Below are positions 29,239 to 32,000 of a stretch of DNA of 32,000 nt, one piece after another. The notes beneath the pieces are model-generated. The model ran no database searches and had not been told where the DNA came from. It saw only the letters and a program-made list of their open reading frames with translations. The position numbers were made by a program, and so were the translations under genes. Source of the DNA: an uncultured archaeon (GTDB lineage Archaea > Asgardarchaeota > Thorarchaeia > Thorarchaeales > CAZPUN01); assembly GCA_964589775.1 (NCBI GenBank), contig CAZPUN010000021.1, positions 146,629 to 178,628 of the forward strand, in the 5' to 3' direction. Each line of letters begins with the position of its first letter. The first letter of the stretch is position 1.

Positions 29239-29510
29239 AAACACTCTGCGAGAAAGCATCGCTTTAGAAAGCGGTGATGCATCACATAAAATAAAAGTTC
29301 ATTGTGTTTGTATTTATAATAAATCAAATAATTTGAGAATTTAGAATAAGTCGCGACTTGAATGCATGCGGCGCATCCACGGATTGCTTCCAAAAAGCTG
29401 GAGCGATAACAAGCTCCCTCATTGGAGCACGACGAGTATATGCGCGAAATGGCTACTCTTGAGTAGCTTATACATAGAATCCTCGCATATCACTGCGGGG
29501 AGTATATCAT
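29239..29510 (+). mobile_element. Non-autonomous IS200/IS605-family mini-element, copy B, 272 bp, with a tnpB 3' relic and omegaRNA-like region
   Basis: TTAC (29235-38)|..AAAG (29253-56), hairpin CATCGCTTT-AG-AAAGCGGTG, and ATAAGTCGCGACTTGAATGCA encoding I-S-R-D-L-N-A. Right end is GAAT (29477-80), hairpin, GGGGAGTATA-TCAT. Confidence 0.87.
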
Positions 29511-29527
29511 AAGAGGTGATGCTTACT

Positions 29528-29809
29528 ATGATGTCTCAAATACCTATTAACCTTGATAAGATTAAAAAGGAGGACATAGATAAAGAAATTCTCCGGGTTG
29601 GGATCATTGCAGAATTAGATGCAATTAATCTATACGAGCAAATGGCTGCACTTGCGCAAAATGACTACATTAAGAAAACATTATTGGATATTGCACGCGA
29701 AGAGAAAGCCCATGTTGGCGAATTTCACGCCCTCCTATTAAGACTTGATGAAGAGCAAAAAGACGAACTTGAAGAAGGCAAGAAGGAAGTCGATGAACTT
29801 TTTGAATGA
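29528..29809 (+). CDS. Short ferritin-like protein (encapsulated-ferritin/Flp type)
   Basis: DKEILR.GIIAELDAINLYEQMA...LLDIAREEKAHVGEF (E..E/ExxH ferroxidase half-site). GAGGTGA RBS at 29513-29519. Confidence 0.9.
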   Translation: MMSQIPINLDKIKKEDIDKEILRVGIIAELDAINLYEQMAALAQNDYIKKTLLDIAREEKAHVGEFHALLLRLDEEQKDELEEGKKEVDELFE

Positions 29810-29934
29810 AATATCTTATTCTCTTTTTTTTGTTTTTTTGACTATTTGGCATAATTCTACTATCAGTAAACTAAATAGTCTAAAGTTTTTTATGGGTTAG
29901 TTAGTAGAAATGATTATTGTAATCTTATAGAAGG

Positions 29935-30420
29935 GTGCTAATATTGAGTAAAAAAACAAAGCGTCAGGCAATAGGAAAAAAGACTGATTCTAAAAAGGAA
30001 AAGCCTATTGAGTCTAAGAAGTTTATCAAATACCGCTGGTCTCTTTATATTCTCTTAATTGGTGGAATTTTATCCATTGCTGGAGAATTTTTGCCAATTG
30101 AGGCGGTGCAACAAGTGTTCCATTTCAATTTATTCGAGACTTTTCTCATATCGCCAAATCTGTTCTTTATTCTTCCGATTATAGGCGGAGGCATTATGCT
30201 TGTTGCGGCTGTCTTTGCATACACTGAACCTAAATATACAATTCTGGGCATTGTCGGCGGAACGCTTACATTTTTTGTCGGTATTTATTTGATACAGGCT
30301 CTGGACTTCGCAAGGGCTGCATTTCCAAGCATGACCATACTTACAGGTGCCGCACCTATTGTACTGTTGATATCCGGTGGTCTCGGATTGCTCTCATATC
30401 TCATAAGAAATAAGGAGTAA
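29935..30420 (+). CDS. Hypothetical 4-TM membrane protein
   Basis: Lys-rich N-terminus followed by four hydrophobic helices; ends 6 nt before the rhomboid gene. Confidence 0.75.
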   Translation: MLILSKKTKRQAIGKKTDSKKEKPIESKKFIKYRWSLYILLIGGILSIAGEFLPIEAVQQVFHFNLFETFLISPNLFFILPIIGGGIMLVAAVFAYTEPKYTILGIVGGTLTFFVGIYLIQALDFARAAFPSMTILTGAAPIVLLISGGLGLLSYLIRNKE

Positions 30421-30426
30421 TTCAAA

Positions 30427-31065
30427 ATGTATGGATATTCTCATAGGTCTAGTATATTACGAGATCTCATGTATTATCGTGCTACAACATCATTACTCGT
30501 TATTAATATCGCTGCATATGTAATATTCTCAATTCTTTCCCTGAATCCAATAATTCTGAGTAACTCCGTGATCTTCATGTTTGCGGAAAATTCATTCATG
30601 GTTCTTCATGGTGCGTACTGGCAGCTTATTACAGCAATGTTCGTTCACTTCAATATAATTCATATCGCTGCAAACATGATTTTCCTTTACATTCTAGGTA
30701 CAAGACTCGAAGTTCATAGAGGAGGAAGCACCGTTATTATTGTATATTTCCTGACAGGTCTTCTGGGCAATGTACTATCGCTTTTACTACCTCTAAATAC
30801 GCTATCCGCCGGTGCTAGTGGTGCTATATTCGGATTGTTTGCATATCTTGCTGTTATTCTTGGTGGAAGACGCGAATTTTCACGAGCGGCAGGCACAGTG
30901 TTCATCTTCTGGGTGGCTTCAGTCGGACTAAATGTAAATATAATCGCTCACTTCGGTGGTATGATCGGCGGTCTTATTCTAGGCTGGCTGGATATTAATG
31001 GTGTTTATCGACTCCCAAGTAAGAAATATTTTGAAGAAGACTGGACCTATGGTTATGGATATTGA
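30427..31065 (+). CDS. Rhomboid-family intramembrane serine protease
   Basis: WQLITAMFVH...HI..NM, catalytic GASG, and AHFGG..GG. Confidence 0.95.
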   Translation: MYGYSHRSSILRDLMYYRATTSLLVINIAAYVIFSILSLNPIILSNSVIFMFAENSFMVLHGAYWQLITAMFVHFNIIHIAANMIFLYILGTRLEVHRGGSTVIIVYFLTGLLGNVLSLLLPLNTLSAGASGAIFGLFAYLAVILGGRREFSRAAGTVFIFWVASVGLNVNIIAHFGGMIGGLILGWLDINGVYRLPSKKYFEEDWTYGYGY

Positions 31066-31198
31066 AATTACTTTTTATACTATTTTTTGTTTTTTAAAAA
31101 AATTTATTAGTTACTTGTTATATATTTTTACCTAATCGGTTATGAGGTATTAAATGTCTGGGGCTAGACATTTTTACCTTTTAAATGGAGGCTTTCAT

Positions 31199-32000
31199 AT
31201 GTCTAAAAGGAACATAGGATTACTTATGATTCTATTTATGTTCATTTTGCCATTTGGCAGTATGGGTCTAAGCTATAATACTTCTAATAACATGTTGAAT
31301 AATAAATCCACTATTGCAAGTGTTAAACAAGTGACTCGGGAAGCTGAGTTTCATATTACAAAGAATTTCAATTTTAAAAATATTATTAATCCCGAGAACG
31401 CCTCAAAAAGGAATGTTGATGCTTTGCTAAGTGGTATTTCATCATTCTCTCCTAGTTTGAATTATGTATCCGACTTGGATGTATATGAATCATCTATTAC
31501 AATAAAAATTACAAAAATAAAGGTTATAGAGGATCGTGATTTTGGTCCTGGAGAAATCTATCTTAAAGTGAAACTGAATAATTATTATGAATACACTCTT
31601 AATAATAATGGACAGAATTATGTTGCAAATGATGGAGATATAGTATATACAAACATCAAAATTACAAAGTCAATTTATAGTATTACTAAGTATATCATAC
31701 GGATTGATGGATACGAAAGCGATGCAGATTTTGATGACTATATGGGTGGACTACAGTTATCCTATGATGCAGATAATACTTATGATACATCAAGCAGGTG
31801 GTTTTCACTAAATACATTTTCTCCAGATGGCGGAAATCATGATGTACAGTTAGAGGTTTATATGTCGATATCCTTTGATACGCATCACTATTCCTATCCG
31901 AATGATTTTTACCAACCATATGGTGATGGTTCATACTTAATCTCTCTAATTTATTCTCCAATTTTGTATTATGATACTTTTGATCGTGGTGATATTCCCG
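31199..32000 (+). CDS. Secreted/anchored protein with a C2-like domain, 3'-truncated (not in the ORF track)
   Basis: Frame open to the window end: MSKRNIGLLMILFMFILPFG (signal peptide) ... IKITKIKVIEDRDFGPGEIYLKV ... IRIDGYESDADFDDYMG. GGAGG RBS; an alternative in-frame ATG lies at 31154. Confidence 0.8.
   Translation, partial: MSKRNIGLLMILFMFILPFGSMGLSYNTSNNMLNNKSTIASVKQVTREAEFHITKNFNFKNIINPENASKRNVDALLSGISSFSPSLNYVSDLDVYESSITIKITKIKVIEDRDFGPGEIYLKVKLNNYYEYTLNNNGQNYVANDGDIVYTNIKITKSIYSITKYIIRIDGYESDADFDDYMGGLQLSYDADNTYDTSSRWFSLNTFSPDGGNHDVQLEVYMSISFDTHHYSYPNDFYQPYGDGSYLISLIYSPILYYDTFDRGDIP

Noticed and set aside
27974-29510. Composite transposon or invertible cassette carrying the methyltransferase
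   Set aside because: IS200/IS605 excision needs a left end then a right end on the same strand around the cargo. Here both left ends face inward on opposite strands, no recombinase is nearby, and the diverged copies look like independent insertions.
1-32000. CRISPR array, cas genes, integrase or provirus at the tRNA
   Set aside because: No regularly spaced direct repeats, no cas/integrase/capsid motifs, and no duplicated tRNA 3' end were seen.

Overview
AT-rich archaeal window, most likely from an Asgard archaeon (inference). The signs are an archaeal MAT, NreA, a Trm14-like enzyme, an intron-containing C1:G72 tRNA-Tyr, a membrane protein with a longin-like domain, and a Thorarchaeia-like giant surface protein. 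It opens with the last ~2,880 aa of a single-pass Ig-like repeat protein. Housekeeping and accessory genes follow: SPFH-zinc ribbon, RNase Z-like, CruF-like, TrmB-like, mat, HTH-CBS, THUMP methyltransferase, trpS, DUF89, nreA, an ABC-2 operon, a methyltransferase, an EncFtn-like ferritin and a rhomboid. It ends in a truncated secreted protein with a C2-like domain. Four highlights stand out. (1) Two unannotated non-autonomous IS200/IS605 mini-elements in inverted orientation have IS608-like ends and a covarying omegaRNA-like scaffold but no TnpA/TnpB; a third orphan right end lies nearby, and one element sits directly on the ferritin RBS. (2) A 216-aa protein resembles eukaryotic CINP/C1orf109. 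(3) A coiled-coil-less SMC/Rad50 head has degenerate ATPase motifs. (4) An unexplained 87-nt hairpin lies next to tRNA-Tyr. All family calls come from motif recognition by eye, not database searches.
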